From Octopus sinensis (taxonomy: Eukaryota), in NCBI RefSeq assembly GCF_006345805.1, contig NC_043000.1:65162001-65226000 (forward strand): 64,000 bases of DNA, in the 5' to 3' direction. This document shows, piece by piece, positions 38,639-51,965 of this stretch. The notes beneath the pieces were generated by a model that was given only the letters and a program-made list of their open reading frames with translations, ran no database searches and was not told the origin of the DNA. The stretch's first letter is position 1, and each line of letters starts with the position of its first letter. The position numbers and the translations under genes are program-made.

Positions 38639-38874
38639 CTATCATAATAGGTGCATTAGGCATGATAAAAAAATATTCAGACAAATACATAACAAAAACA
38701 CCAGGACTTACAAACACATACAGAAAATTGCACTACTAGGCACTGCACACATCCTACGCAGAACACTTTCCATACAATAACCATCGGAGCATCACAACAA
38801 ATCACAGCACATACCCAAGGCACACAGAGCTGGGCTCGGTCGTGAAGTGAAAGCACGATATAAAAAATATACTA

Positions 38875-38910
<36 letters not shown>
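38639..38910 (+). mobile_element. R4/Dong-clade 3' end (RLE C-terminus, 3' UTR, (AAT)n tail)
   Basis: IIGALGMIKKYSDKYITKTPGL...QKIALLGTAHILRRTLSIQ* (one frameshift), then (AAT)n. Confidence 0.85.
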
Positions 38911-38912
<2 letters not shown>

Positions 38913-39425
38913 TCTTAACTGATTGGAAGTGTTATCATGCACATTGTTTTGTCTTGGTATAAAAGATGGGCTACAGCAAATATTCTGCTCAATACCACAG
39001 ATTTGCTTGTCAGTTGTTTGACCTTAACCAGTTGAGCATGTCCCTTAGTGGCTGACGATATGTGCATCTCTGATCACGAGCAGAAGTAGTGGGGGAGCAT
39101 CATAGCCATGTGTTGAGAGGGATTCTTTGGGGTTTGAATAGTTCACCTCTGGAAACATGGGTGGTTCTTTCAACATCCTTAAGCAACCCTTATTCAGGGA
39201 CCGTTTGAGCGGGATGGGCTACTCAACCTGAAGAAAATTCTAACTGGGCCCCACCTGCAAGGTCATGTGCTGTTTATCTTGATATGAGATCACCATGTCG
39301 CGCACATATGGTTGTGATGCATGTGCCTGGTGTACCTTTATCAGACGGGTAGTCATGATGGGTATATTGGGCTTCGTATATTTTACCCCAGTGTCACTTT
39401 GATGGCATGAACTGCTCTCTCACTC
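38911..39425 (+). mobile_element. Non-coding repeat family D flanked by (AAT)n
   Basis: Homologous to 39800-40456 (inverted), 36470-36650 and 41095-41195. (AAT)n on both sides; no tRNA head or ORF seen. Confidence 0.85.
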
Positions 39426-39519
39426 AATAATAATAATAATAATAATAATAATGATAATAATTTCATTTATTTACAACAAGGGCGAAGGATGAGGTGGACA
39501 ATGCAAAGACAATGCTTTT

Positions 39520-39724
39520 TACTGAAGGCATAAGACCTGAAATATGGAGGAAGGGTATTAGCTGATTACATCGACCCCAGTACTATACTGGTAGTCATTT
39601 TATCGACCTCGAAAGGGTGAGAGGCAACGTTAACCTCGACGGAATTTGAACTCTGAACGTAAGGACGGACCAAATACCGCTAAGCATTTTGACCGGCGTG
39701 CTAACGATTCTGCCAGTTCGCCAC
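39520..39724 (-). mobile_element. SINE family A monomer
   Basis: GATTACATCGACCCCAG...CTAACGATTCTGCCAGTTCGCC on the + strand. Confidence 0.88.
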
Positions 39725-39727
39725 CTT

Positions 39728-39788
<61 letters not shown>

Positions 39789-39799
39789 TAATGATTATT

Positions 39800-40456
39800 G
39801 AGTGAGAGAACAGTGTATGCCATCAAAGTTGTACTGGGGTAAAATATACAAACCCTAGTATACCCATTATGACTACTTGTCTGATAAGAGACGTGTGTTC
39901 CACTGGCTATGCTACGAATTTACAGACGACAGGAGAGATATATAAGAATTTACAGACGACAGGAGAGATATATATCTCAAGGGCCTTGAGCAGACCAGGC
40001 ACACGAATCACAACCATATGTGCGTGACATATTGGTATCATATAAAAATAAACAGCGCATGACCTTGCAGGTGGGTTCCAGTTAGAATTTTCATCAGGTC
40101 GAGTAGCCCATCCCGCTCAAAAGGTCCTTGAATATGGATTGCTTAAGGATGATGAACAAAACACCCATGTTTCCAGAGGAGAATTATCCACACCCCAAAG
40201 AATTCCTCTCGACACATGGCTATGATGCTCCTCCACTACTTCTGCTCGTAGATCAGAGATGCACATATCGTCAGCCACAAAGGGACATGCTCAACTAGAT
40301 AAGGTCAAACAACTGTCAATCAAATCTGTGGTATTGAGCAAAATATTTGTCGCAGCCCATCTTTTATACGGAGACGAAACAAAGTACATAATAACACTTC
40401 CAATCAGTTAAGATCAGAAACCATGAGAACCACTGCCTGATACAGCATCGGGGCAT
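39800..40456 (-). mobile_element. Repeat family D, inverted copy with longer 5' end
   Basis: Reverse complement of 38911-39425 plus a 5' extension. Carries a short internal tandem duplication at about 39915-39975. Confidence 0.85.
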
Positions 40457-40494
40457 ATTATTTTTATTATTATTATTATTATTATCCACTAAAA

Positions 40495-40690
40495 GCAAAA
40501 GGCCTGAAAATTTGGGGACGGGGACTAGTCGATTACATCGACCCCAGTGTTTCACTAGTACTTAATTTATCGACCCCAAAAGGATGAATGGCAATGTCGA
40601 ACCCGGTAGCACTGGAACTCAACTTTAAGACGGACGAAATATGACTAAACATTTTGTCCAGCTTGCTAACGATTCTGCCAGCTCGCTGCC
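40495..40690 (-). mobile_element. SINE family A monomer
   Basis: Same diagnostic body and head as the other copies. Confidence 0.85.
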
Positions 40691-40869
40691 TTAATAATAA
40701 TAACAACAATAATAACATCGACGGCGACGACGATGGTGGTGATGATGATGATGATGATGATGATAACAACAGCAACAAGAGAACAGAAGTCTATCTTTTC
40801 ACAAGCTCGAAAAGGGCTGTAAAAGGAATTCTTATGAGTGCAAAGATCAATCACTCATATGTAAAATGA

Positions 40870-41090
40870 TCGTAGAGAATTGCCGGAGCAAAAAGAACTA
40901 GAGTATGGCATGGATAGACTACAGGAAAGCGTTTGATAGTGTTCCACATAATTGACTACTTAAGGCCCTTGAGATGTATATCTCTCTTGTCGCCTCTAAA
41001 TTCTTACCAAGTAGCATAGCCAAGTGGAACACGTTCTCTTTCTAAACCTTAGTAATGGGATAAGCCAATCTAAATAACACCATTATTTGC
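40870..41090 (+). mobile_element. R4-clade RT fragment
   Basis: SMAWIDYRKAFDSVPH, the RT motif containing the first catalytic Asp. Confidence 0.8.
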
Positions 41091-41269
41091 TGTGGCCCAC
41101 CTTTTATACCAAGACGAAACAATGTACATGACAACACTTCCAATCAGTTAAGATCAGAAGCCATGAGAGCCACTGCCTGGTACTGCATCAGGGCATGTAC
41201 TGCATTAGGGCATATACTGTATCAGGGCAAGTATTATTATTATTATTATTATTATTACTATTATTATTA

Positions 41270-41435
41270 TTCCGACGTTGACTTTGCCTTTCATCCTTTC
41301 GGGGTCGATAAATTAAGTACCAGTCAGGTACTGGGGTCGAAGTGATCGACTTACGCCCACCCCACAAATTCCAGGCTTTGTGCCTATAGTAGAAATTATC
41401 ATTATCATTATTGTTATTATTATTAATATTAATTA

Positions 41436-41487
<52 letters not shown>

Positions 41488-42015
41488 AACGCCCGCAATT
41501 TTGAGGGCTATAGATTCCGCCAGCTCATCACCTTCATAATAATAATTATGATTTCAAATTTTGTCACAAGGCCAGCAGTTTTGGAAGAGAAGTTTAGTCG
41601 ATTACATCGACTCTAGTGTTCAACGGGTACTTATTTTATCGACCCCGAAAGGATGAAAGACAAAGTCGACTTCGGCGTAATTTGAACTCAGAACGTAATG
41701 ACAGACGAAATGCCGCTAAGCATATTGCCCAACGTGCTAACGATTCTGCCAACTCACCGCCTTCATAATAATTATTTCTTACGATGATAATAGTAATAAT
41801 AATAATTGTTTCAAATTTTGCCACAAGAGCAGCAATTTGGGGGGAGGGGAAGAGTCAATAACATCAACCCCAGTGTTCAATTCGTACTTATTTTATCGAG
41901 CCCGAAAAGATGAAAGGCAAAGTCGACCTCGACGGAATTTGAACTCAGAACGTAAAGACGGACGAAATGCCGCTAAGCATTTTGTCTGGCGTGCTAGCGA
42001 TTTTGTCAGCTCGAT
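41270..42015. mobile_element. Cluster of three SINE family A copies (41270-41395 +; 41560-41760 -; 41815-42015 -) interleaved with (TTA)n
   Basis: Diagnostic GTCGACTT/GACCCCGAAAGGATG bodies. Confidence 0.88.
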
Positions 42016-42479
42016 GCCTTTTTCATAAAAACAATAATAATATCAATGATGATGATGATCATAATGTTCATGATGATGATGATGAGGAGGAGGAGGAGAG
42101 GACCAATCCCTTCCCCTCAAAACTGGTGGCTTTGCTGCTGTCATCATCCTCGGTCATCCTTATCATCATCATCATGTAGATGCTGTACCGTGTTTCTAAG
42201 GCGTGTATAGCGATGAATTTGAGGAGTATGGAACCGAGTGTGTATGCTATAGCAATTTTGCTTATCTAAAGTTTTTTTTTTTGTATTTTGTTATTTTAGA
42301 TTTTCTTTCCAATATTATTTTGTCAAATAAAACTTGTACTATGCATGGTACATTCCATAAGTTTCGAAATTTTTTTGTGGGGGGGGGGAAGCAATTATAA
42401 CAGTCCTAGATTATTGTAATTTTAGTATATCATTACAATACATCTAACAAGCTGACCTGCCAACTTTTGTTATTTCAGA

Positions 42480-43145
42480 TTGAAGGAGACGGCCGCAAGA
42501 TACTTTGAACACACTCTACTAAACACTGCTTGTCACAACTGACTAGTTTGCAAAATACAAACGAGACGTGAAGACAATTTGGAAGATCGCTATGCAACAA
42601 AGTTTTGTGTTAAACTTAGCAAAACGCTACAGAAGCATATGAAATACCCCAGGCAGTTTATGGATTAACTTGTACGAGCCAAGCATCTGTTTTTCGCTGG
42701 TACAAGATACCAGACAAAGCAAGTCCACCAGGAAGCTCATAATGATGCTCTTTTTCAACAGCACTGTGTTCCTTCTGGCCAGACGTTCAACAAAGTGTAC
42801 TAAATAGAGATTTGGAGGGAGTTCGGTAAGAGATTTCGTCACAAAAGGCCAGAGCGGCTATACCAGCACAATGAACCAGTTCACAATTTCATCCTAATAA
42901 CCAACTACTGTCCCTTACCCTCCTTACAATCCAGACCTTGCTCCCTGCGACTTTTAGTAGTTCCCCCAAGATGAAGGAAAAGGTGAAGGAGGCCGTGACA
43001 AGAGTTCTGGACACGTTCACTTTGGAGGACTTCCATGGAGCCTTCACGAAGTGGCTGGAGCGCTACAAGTCTGTTGAAATCAGATGATTCTATTTTGAAA
43101 TTATTGTCTTTCCTGAAAAATGTCTCAAAACCTCTGGAATGCACT
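42480..43145 (+). mobile_element. Degenerate mariner remnant
   Basis: N-terminal EDRYATKFCVKL, later PYNPDLAPCDF and GAFTKWLERYKSVE. Confidence 0.75.
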
Positions 43146-43264
43146 TTATGTGTTGTTTACGTGATGTTAAATGCTATATTTTATAGTGTCGAGAGGTGAT
43201 TGGGCACCCATTCTTCTATGTGGTTTGTGATACATACTATTGAACAGTCTTCTTCGTATCATTT

Positions 43265-43860
43265 TAGGAATAAGAAATTACTAGGCGGCGACTAGATCTG
43301 TTTGAGATGAGATGTTTGAAGGCTACGGTTGGTGTGACATGGATGGACAGGATGAGGAATGAGGAAGTGCGAAGGCGAGAAGGAATGAGAGAAAAACTAA
43401 CAACCAAAATGGATAGACGAATGTTGAGGTGGTTTGGCCACATGGAGAGGATGGATGAGGAGCGAAGGGTAAGGAGGATGATGAAGGCAGAAGTGGTAGG
43501 CAGCAGAACCAGAGGCAGACCTTGGTTTCTGTGAATGGATGGAGTGAGGAAAGCTTTGGTGGTTAGATGTGTTGGAATGAGAGAGACAAAAGAGTTTATA
43601 AATGATAGGAAAGCATGGAGAGTGTTTGTAGACGGATGAGTGAATTTGAAGTTGCTCAAAGAGGCACGGAACCAGTATGATGCGGCGGGGGTAAACCAAC
43701 ATATGCTGTCGGGCCCTGCTGCTAATATTGGGGATTGTGTTCTATGCCTTGACCCGAGCATAGGACGGGGCTCGCATCTTCGAGCTGGGAAATGAATGGA
43801 ATGTCTGGTGTGTGTCTTGTGGCTACCCACTCCTAAAAAATGGGGAATAGGCCTGGGTAT
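43265..43860 (+). mobile_element. RTE-clade LINE 3' fragment plus 3' UTR
   Basis: LFEMRCLKATVGVTWMDRMRNEEVRRR...MLRWFGHMERMDEERRV...GSRTRGRPW. Confidence 0.88.
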
Positions 43861-43945
43861 ATGTATTTACTATTGAATGGAAATTGTATAGTATGTGAGT
43901 TGTACGAGCTGCTGGTGACGTGTGGGATTGTTATAGCATTACATA

Positions 43946-44458
43946 TCTATATATATAAAACTGTAGTTGTGTGAGAGTCTGTCCCCTTCGATTTAGATTC
44001 CTAACTACTCCCACATTTTGCGGTGCAGTTTAACCAAATTCGGGTATCTTATAGTCGTGGTTCATATCAAGCCCGTCTGCGTATTAGCGCGCGTCTACGA
44101 TGAGTCTACGATTTTAAAAATAATTTAACATCATTTTTTATTCCATTTTAATGCATAATTTTTCGTGTGTCGATGGCGGCGGAGTTGGCGTCCATGGTCA
44201 CACCTGCACCTGTTTGCTTCTCCCCCTTCTTCCCTCTCTCGTGAAGCTGTGGGGAAGGGAGTGTAAGGAAATCAACGTCGTAAAGCGTTGTCAAGGAGAC
44301 CAGCGTTCTTTTAGAAGAACGACTTCATGGCTTGAAGACACCAAAACAGAAATGGCTAAGAAAGCCCGAATTGGCATCTATAAGGGAAGTAACTCTCTGA
44401 AAATGCTTATATAGTTATTTCCCTTACAAACCCGAGCAACGCCGGGCGATACTGCTAG
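43946..44458 (+). mobile_element. Non-autonomous Helitron with intact termini (513 bp)
   Basis: A|TCTATATATATAAAA 5' end; 3' hairpin CCCGAGCAACGCCGGG (44431-44446); CTAG|T terminus; no TSD. Confidence 0.85.
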
Positions 44459-44850
44459 TCGATTATATACGAGTTTGTGTCGTGTTATGTTACTGCATGA
44501 TGATTCTGTAGAGTATGTGGTGTGTAAGTTTTGCTTTTTTATTGAGTGAGGATTGCAATCCATTTGAAGCATAATGAAACAAGTTCAAGTATTACTGTTT
44601 AAACAACCTGATCTATGACACAGAATCGTTAACGGAATCATTAATGCAATAAAACAACGTTAAGAAAAATCTATAAGCTTATGCATCAAAATAGAAATAA
44701 GAGCGTTCATAGAAACTTTTATTTTTTATTTGTTTCAGTCATTGGACAGCGACTATGCTGAGATAATGCCTTGGGGGATTGTTGTGAAAAAAAATCGTGC
44801 CCAAAACATTATTTTTTTAAATCCGATACTTACGTTGTCAAGTATTGAGA

Positions 44851-44937
<87 letters not shown>

Positions 44938-44949
44938 TAATTATATATT

Positions 44950-45150
44950 CTTTTATTTGCTTCAGTTATTTGACTGCGGCCATGCTGGGGCACCACCTTT
45001 AGTACAACAAATCGACCCCAGGACTTACTCTTTGTAAGCCTAGTACTTATTCTATCGGTGTCTTTTTGCCAAACCGCTATGTTACGGGGATGTAAACACA
45101 CTAACATCGGTTGTCAAGCGATGCTGGGGGAACAAATACAGACACAAATA
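44950..45150 (-). mobile_element. SINE family B, 3' module
   Basis: TTTGACTGCGGCCATGCTGGGGCACC...ACATCGGTTGTCAAGCG. Confidence 0.85.
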
Positions 45151-45154
45151 ACAA

Positions 45155-45220
<66 letters not shown>

Positions 45221-45224
45221 CGAC

Positions 45225-45540
45225 AGGCTTATAACAATGGCACTCCCTTTATCCGCTGGTTTGATGACAATTGTGTTGTCATTTTTAAGACGTATGAGGG
45301 CCGACTTTTCTAGTTTTTAAATTTTGGTCTGACGTTGATGTTATGCCTCAGTGGAAATCTGAAGAGGATATCAATGAACTGATCTAGATGTGTATTTCGT
45401 CCTTTTGGTGGGTTAAATTTTGATTTATTTTTCGCCAAGGATTCGTCATTCTCATTATTTTTATCAATAAAAAACTCCACAAGTCGTAGTTTTTGACAAA
45501 AGTTTTGGATATTTTCCTCCAATTGACAGTAGGTGTAGGT
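45225..45540 (-). mobile_element. Penelope-like element N-terminal/pre-RT fragment
   Basis: NIQNFCQKLRLVEFF...SLAKNKSKFNPPKGRNTHLDQFID resembles the PLE region preceding the KPADKG RT motif (recalled family knowledge). Confidence 0.7.
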
Positions 45541-45832
45541 GTGCATTTCAGTCCTTCCATCAATAATCAAAGTACACACACACACAGATACTAACACACA
45601 CACACAAACATAAACACACAAGGGTAGATTGGTAGAATCGTTAGAGTATAGGACAACACGCTTTACGATATTTGTTTTGGTTCTATACGCTTGAAGATCA
45701 AATCCCGTCGAAGCTACTTTTTACCTGTCATTTTTTCGAAATGCTATTTAAGTATTGATGGCAATTTAATCGACCTTCCTTCCCTGAAATTTCTGGTTGG
45801 CTTTATGTCTATGAAAATTATTATTATTATAG

Positions 45833-46040
45833 GACGGCGAGCTAGCAGAACTCTTAGTATGTCGCACAAAATGCTTAGCAGTAATTTTCCAAAGTCTTTA
45901 CGCTCTGTGTTCAAATTCCACTGAAATCGACTTTGTCTTTCATTTTTTCGAAGTCGATGAAGTAAGTACTAAATGAGCAATGGCGTCGATGTAATCGACT
46001 ACACCTCCCCCAAAATTACAGAGCTTGTGCTTATAACAGA
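45833..46040 (+). mobile_element. SINE family A monomer, diverged
   Basis: GGCGAGCTAGCAGAACTCTTAG...GTTCAAATTCCACTGAAATCGACTTTG. Confidence 0.8.
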
Positions 46041-46899
46041 AAGCGTTATTATCATACCAGTCACGAGATGTGTTCAAGTGTTATGCCTTTAAGAACCTTT
46101 ACTATAGAACGAAATATATGACTTAAACAAGTTTATTTGTTTCTTTGTACTTCATTTAATTCAGATAAATTTATTGCATTAATTCATATATTCCCCTTTT
46201 TCTTTACCTTTGAACCGACGAATAATGCAAAACAGTTTTTGCATTGTTTGTTATTTTTGTGTGTATAACAACTGGATTGGTCTATCGGTTGTTCGTTTGT
46301 CGAAGTCGTTTTTTCGCTATTCACGACCGCCTCAACGACATGTCTTCTCCCTTCAAGGTCTACATTTGCTAATATGATGACTTGAGCTTTTGTAGTGTTT
46401 GCTTACACGCGTTGACTGTCCGATCACCGACCGGTATGGACATTAGTAATGCATAAATTACATCCATGTAAAGAGCAATAACATTTCAAAAATGCATCAG
46501 TGCATTTCCTAAATACATCAGTGTTACCCTTCAACAAATGTTGCGTTTTTCTTCTTTCCTTTGTCTCTTTTGGACTCACTGATACTTAAAAAGTGTGTTA
46601 AAGAGTTTTTCTTTTTTGGAGAGCATTCAGGAAATATACACTCTCGTGATAAAAGTTCCCACTAGTCTTAAACTGTCGCTATGTGGTCGATGGAAAGTCA
46701 GTTCTCGGATTTTATAGACCAGTCATGAGCAAACTGCAGCCCATGGGACTCTTTGAATAGCATACCAAGCAAAAAATTATCTCGAATCTTTTCAGTAGTG
46801 CGGCCCGCATGATGATGAACCATGTCTCATGCAGCTTGTTTCTCTAACGAGGTTGCCTATATCTGCTGTAGAAGATTTGGTAGAGGATATTAGTAGCGA

Positions 46900-47520
46900 A
46901 TGTGGCATCAATAGTCGTTCCCGCGGAATTTTCAGGTCGTGGAATATAGGCAACTTACTGAGTTGTGAGCTCTCGTACAGTTTTTATGCTTTTGCTCATG
47001 CATTTTTTATCATATTCTGCACTACAATTATTATTGGTACTGTTCTCATGCCCCACATCATGATTATTTCAGCTTCTAGGTCTTTGTAATTTGACAGTTA
47101 GTTTTTGCACCTTTTTCGGGAAATGTTTTGGTCAAAAGGGACAGAGATATCTCTCAGAGTACAAACATTTTCATTCCAGCTCTTAATAATAATATCTGAA
47201 CATCATGCCATGATCTCTACCTCCGTCGGAATGGGCATGTTCAAGATCATTATGGCCAGGTTGTTATCATATACTGTGTTTGGTACATATTTATACTATT
47301 GTTTTGGTCTTCACATCGAGATGCTGGAATATTGCCCAGTGAACATAACTACCGATTTCATCCTGTTTGTGAGTATATTCGAAATTGGCTAGGACTACCC
47401 AATCGGAAATGATGCTGTCCGTTGTCTCATTGCACTGGCTGCATAGTCTGGATTGGTTCGCATCTGTTTTCAATGTTTTCTATTCATAATTGTTTGTGGT
47501 TACGCATTGATTGGTTCCCT
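46900..47520 (-). mobile_element. R4-clade Zn-knuckle/RLE fragment, degenerate
   Basis: RLCSQCNETTDSIIS...EYTHKQDEIGSYVHW, then YKDLEAEI...VPIII. Confidence 0.8.
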
Positions 47521-48334
47521 ACAGCTAAAATCAAACTTTCTGTTCCTACTTTTAGCTCAGAATTTTTGAGACATTGCTATTTTTTACTCTGACTACTTCT
47601 TCTCTGTTCAATTTTGCGGAATATAGGCCATGGAATGGTTTTTCTTTCCATATTCTATAATATATTTCGGCATACCGTTTTGATTTTTATTTTAATTTGT
47701 TATTTTGTCTCATATAAATCTTTTTGTGCTGGGTAGTTAACGTTTCTAGTTTGAACTTTATTGTTTCCTTACACACACGCGCGCGCGCGCGCGCGCGTAA
47801 TGGAAATAAGACTCTTGAAGAGGTGCTTCAGTATGTCCGCATTTCGATGACTGAAACAAGTAAAAAAGAAAGAAAAGACTACCGCAATTTATAGACTTGC
47901 ATGTGTGTACGCGTGAGTCACTATGTACACAGTTTTTTTATGTGAGTTTGACTGTTGTAGGGAAAATGAGATGGAAGTAACTTTAATTTAAATTTACTTT
48001 AACTTTAAAGTGAGAGAGTGAGAGCTAGGAAAGTAATATCATTTGGTAAGTATTCTAATTCATACTTAGTAATTCATTTCCACTCTCACTCCACTCAGAT
48101 ATCACTTAACTCCCCGAAATTCCGTGTACTCCATACCAGACTTCATTTTTAACATCGTATATATTACACCTTCTTCTTCACTGAACACTGATAAAACAAA
48201 CTGAAGGATTACGATATCTTGTACAGAATTCTTAGTGTATATTTTATCAACAAAGTAGCGTTAAGATTATAGTGGCTGTTGAAATTATCTCGGATATTTT
48301 AAAAATAGTTTTGAACATCACAAAAATGTGCATG

Positions 48335-48368
<34 letters not shown>

Positions 48369-48471
48369 TATATATATATATATATAATCTTCATATATCA
48401 TATATTATATACATACATACATACATGCATACATAATTAAATGCATCTGTGTGTATGTACGTATGTGTGCG

Positions 48472-48512
<41 letters not shown>

Positions 48513-48631
48513 TATATATAATGTGTGTTCTTTTTTGTTTATAATCATTTAAAATCTTCCTTTGAAGAAGGAGCTGGTTTCTAACAAATGTACAAAGCTT
48601 CATCGTCCGAATGTAGATAACGAAAACGATG

Positions 48632-48925
48632 TCATATTTTAAACCTGAGAAAAGTCTTGCGTAGTTTGACTGTACCGCTTAGATTATATTTGTAATGTGC
48701 GAGTCACTTGGTTGATTTCTTCTGAAAAATCGAAGTTTATCCAGACTGATAGTTAGGCATTTACTTACAAAACCAAGTGCTCCATTATTATTGGTATAAA
48801 TGTAAATTTGCAATCCGGATATAGAAGCTGGGGTTTTCGAAGCAGTTGGCCAAAGTTATCTTCTTTCTCTTTGATTTTTAAAGAGATATTCACATCAGCA
48901 GGACAGCTGACCTCTATGACCTTTA
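48632..48925 (-). mobile_element. RLE-domain C-terminus of a further R4-like non-LTR subfamily
   Basis: VIEVSCPADVNISLKIKEKEDNFGQLL...FIPII-GALGFV...GTVKLRKTFLRFKI*. Confidence 0.75.
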
Positions 48926-49876
48926 TTGAGGTTTTCACTGGGACGTATGTATGTCCATAAGGGCAGCGACGGTGGATTTGAGATATGTGGATCGACTAGA
49001 AACCGAAGTTTAGCAAGACTCAGGACGGACTGAGCGTGCACCACACCCCTCCTGATGAAGATAAACCTCCTAAGTTTGGGAGAACCTCTAGTACATACCT
49101 ACCTACTCATATACATGCATGTATATATGTATGTATGTATATATGTATGTATGTATGTATGTACACACAAACACACACGTATACACACACATTCATAAAT
49201 ATATAGAGATATGTACGTACATAAATGGCTACATGCATACAAGTATGCATACACACACTCATAAATAAATACAACTATACATACAAAAGGCATACATATG
49301 AATACATACATAATAATACGTAAATTTGTAGTATTATGTGTTGGTAAAGAATGAATATATTACATAACATTTCAGAGACATTCCTAAAATCACAGGAACC
49401 ATTAATGTCAAGCCTGTCACTGAAATTGCGGCTGGCTTCAGAAAAAAATCCATCTTGTGTTTTGAATAAAGCGTTAATGGAATCCCTCTTTGAATATAAT
49501 GTCACCAAAGTGTCAAACTCTAATTTATTCTCAACCCCACTTGAATTTACTTTGCTCCCCCCCACACACACACATAACTAAATATTCTCACTTATAAGAA
49601 AAAAAGTAAAATCATTCCACCATGCCATTCAGAAGCGACCATTTGTTCCTAGAGTTATTGTTGTTTCATGTTCTGTTTTCACATTCTCACTTGTTCGAGT
49701 TCACATGCAATATATGCTGGTGTATAAGATGTGCATTCTTAAATGTAACAAAACCTTGCTATACGTCTAATGCGACCGTATTATGGATGAAATACTGAGT
49801 GTATGCGTGTAAGAGTGTATTATGAAACGTACTAAATTAGTTTTTTGCCGCTAAATATACTTTTTTTTTTCCACAG

Positions 49877-50073
49877 AAATGTAAGGGCTTGTCTTCTGTT
49901 AGAGCGAATCTTATACACCGGCAAACAGGGCCACTGTAAAGTTCCCGAATTCAAGCAACTATCATTACCTTTTCTTCAGAATTTAATCTCTCTTTATATG
50001 AATAAAGATTATATCAAGAGTGTACACGTGTCATATGTCGGATACTATTGGGAATATACTTTTGCCATTGTGG
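49877..50073 (+). CDS. Candidate 197-nt exon (phase 2-1; NVRACLLLER...SYVGYYWEYTFAIV)
   Basis: Very strong acceptor c(t)11ccacag, 65 open codons, GTGG|GTAATA donor. No homology recognised. An alternative donor lies 4 nt into the exon. Confidence 0.3.
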
Positions 50074-50395
50074 GTAATATCAGATAATGCTACGCACGTA
50101 TAAGGATTATATGTATAATGATTATAATATATCTCCTCTGTTTAAAAACTTAAGGACACAGAACGCTTGTGTCACGTAGCCAACTGGAAACGATGTTTCC
50201 TAGGGTTAAATAGCAGTAGCATTCTTCCCTTTCCTGGGACTGCCACGTTAAGTTGGCAACAAACCATCACTTTATTGTGCTGCTACTGCATAAGTCTCTC
50301 TGAGAGATTTAGAAATGCAATAGTTCTAAGATTATAATTTAATTTTTCTCAAATTTTAGGGTGAATGAATACTAATGAAGTGGATATATATTTTC

Positions 50396-50810
50396 AGACG
50401 CTATGTGGTAAGAAGTTTGTTTTCCAACAACATGGTTCCGGGTTCAGCCCCACTGCGTGACACCTTGGACGAGTGTCTTCTGCTATAGCGTCCGGCTGAC
50501 CATAGCCTTGTGAGTGGATTTGGCAGACGGAAACTGAAAGAAGCCCGTCGTATATGTGTGCGTGTGCGTGCGTGCGTGCGTGTGTGCACGTGTGTGTGTT
50601 ATGTTTGTTTGTGTCAGCTTCTGTCCCCCACCACCGCTTGACAACCGATGTTGGTGTGTTTACGTTCTTGTAACGTAACGGCTCGTCAAAAGAGAACGAC
50701 AGAATAAGTATGAGACTTAACAAAATTAAGTACAGGGGTCGATTCATTCGACTGAAGATTATTCAGAGTGGTGCCCCAGCATGGCTGCAGTCTAATGACT
50801 GAAGCAAATA
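50396..50810 (+). mobile_element. SINE family B, full length, internal (GCGT)n
   Basis: Head, core GACACCTTGGACGAGTGTC and tail CCCCAGCATGGCTGCAGTC. Confidence 0.9.
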
Positions 50811-51574
50811 GAGTTTAGAAGATATTTATTACATTAAAATTGAATTAAATTAAACACATTTCTCATTTGTATATTTTCAATAAATACATGTTATCAAGAA
50901 CAGAAATGTTATATTAAACAATTACAAAAGAAACATTAACTGATGCTAACAACAGTGATAAGTGTTCTCAGTATTATGTAACATATGACGGGTAACAACA
51001 ACACTCTGGTTGGAAATAGTAATCAAGGGAAGAATCAATAATATCAGAGCTCTCACCTTTTTTAGGGGAATGGACAGAGCGAGCGTAAAAGCGAGAGAGA
51101 GACAGAGATAGACAGACAGACTGAGAGACAAAGAGAGGGAGGAAGATACTGCCATATATATATCAATAGATCTGGTTTTCTCGTTTACGCTTCAATACTA
51201 GCGTTTGCAGGAAAAGAAACTTACTAGCGAGCACGCACTTTGTAAATATAATCTGTAAGCATAACAGTAAAAAATCTAAACTTGAACATGTAACAACTCA
51301 TCGCTTTTGTTATCTACGTTCCAGCGATGGAGCATTATTTGTTTTAGAAACCCGTTATTTCTTTATAGGAGGAATGCAAGTGAAATGAAAAAGAATTAAA
51401 AAGAAAGATACTTTTGTACATAAATATAAAATTTATCGGCGATGAGTATTTAGAAGTTCGAACTACCCATGCGTTAAATTTTATGCTTTAGTGGTTGTGT
51501 ATTCTACAGGCATGCTTATTCTTAACGTAATTATGAGTCTGCGTGATATGTGACATGGCTGAACGCTTTGATAA

Positions 51575-51965
51575 CAGTCGAGTTGGCAGAAACGTCAGCA
51601 CGCCGGACAAAATGCTTAGCGGCATTTCGTCTGTCGTTACGTTCTGAGCTCAAATTCCGCCGAGGTCGACTTAGCCTTTCATTCTTTCGGGGTCGATAAA
51701 TTAAGTACCAGTTAAGCACTGGGGTCGATGTAATCGACTTAATCCGTTTGTCTGTCCTTGTTTGTCTCCTTTGTGTTTGGCCCCTTGTGGGTAATAAAGA
51801 ATTAAGCATTTCTTTTAGTTCTTTACGTTCTGAGTTCAAATACCGCCGAGGTCAACTTTACCTTCCATCCTTCCGAAGTTGATAAAATAAAGTATTCATC
51901 AAGTAATGGAGTCGATGTAACTCCCTTCCCCTAAAATATTGTCGGCTGTGTACCAAAATTTGAAA
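51575..51965 (+). mobile_element. SINE family A dimer
   Basis: Full monomer followed by a head-truncated second monomer. Confidence 0.88.
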
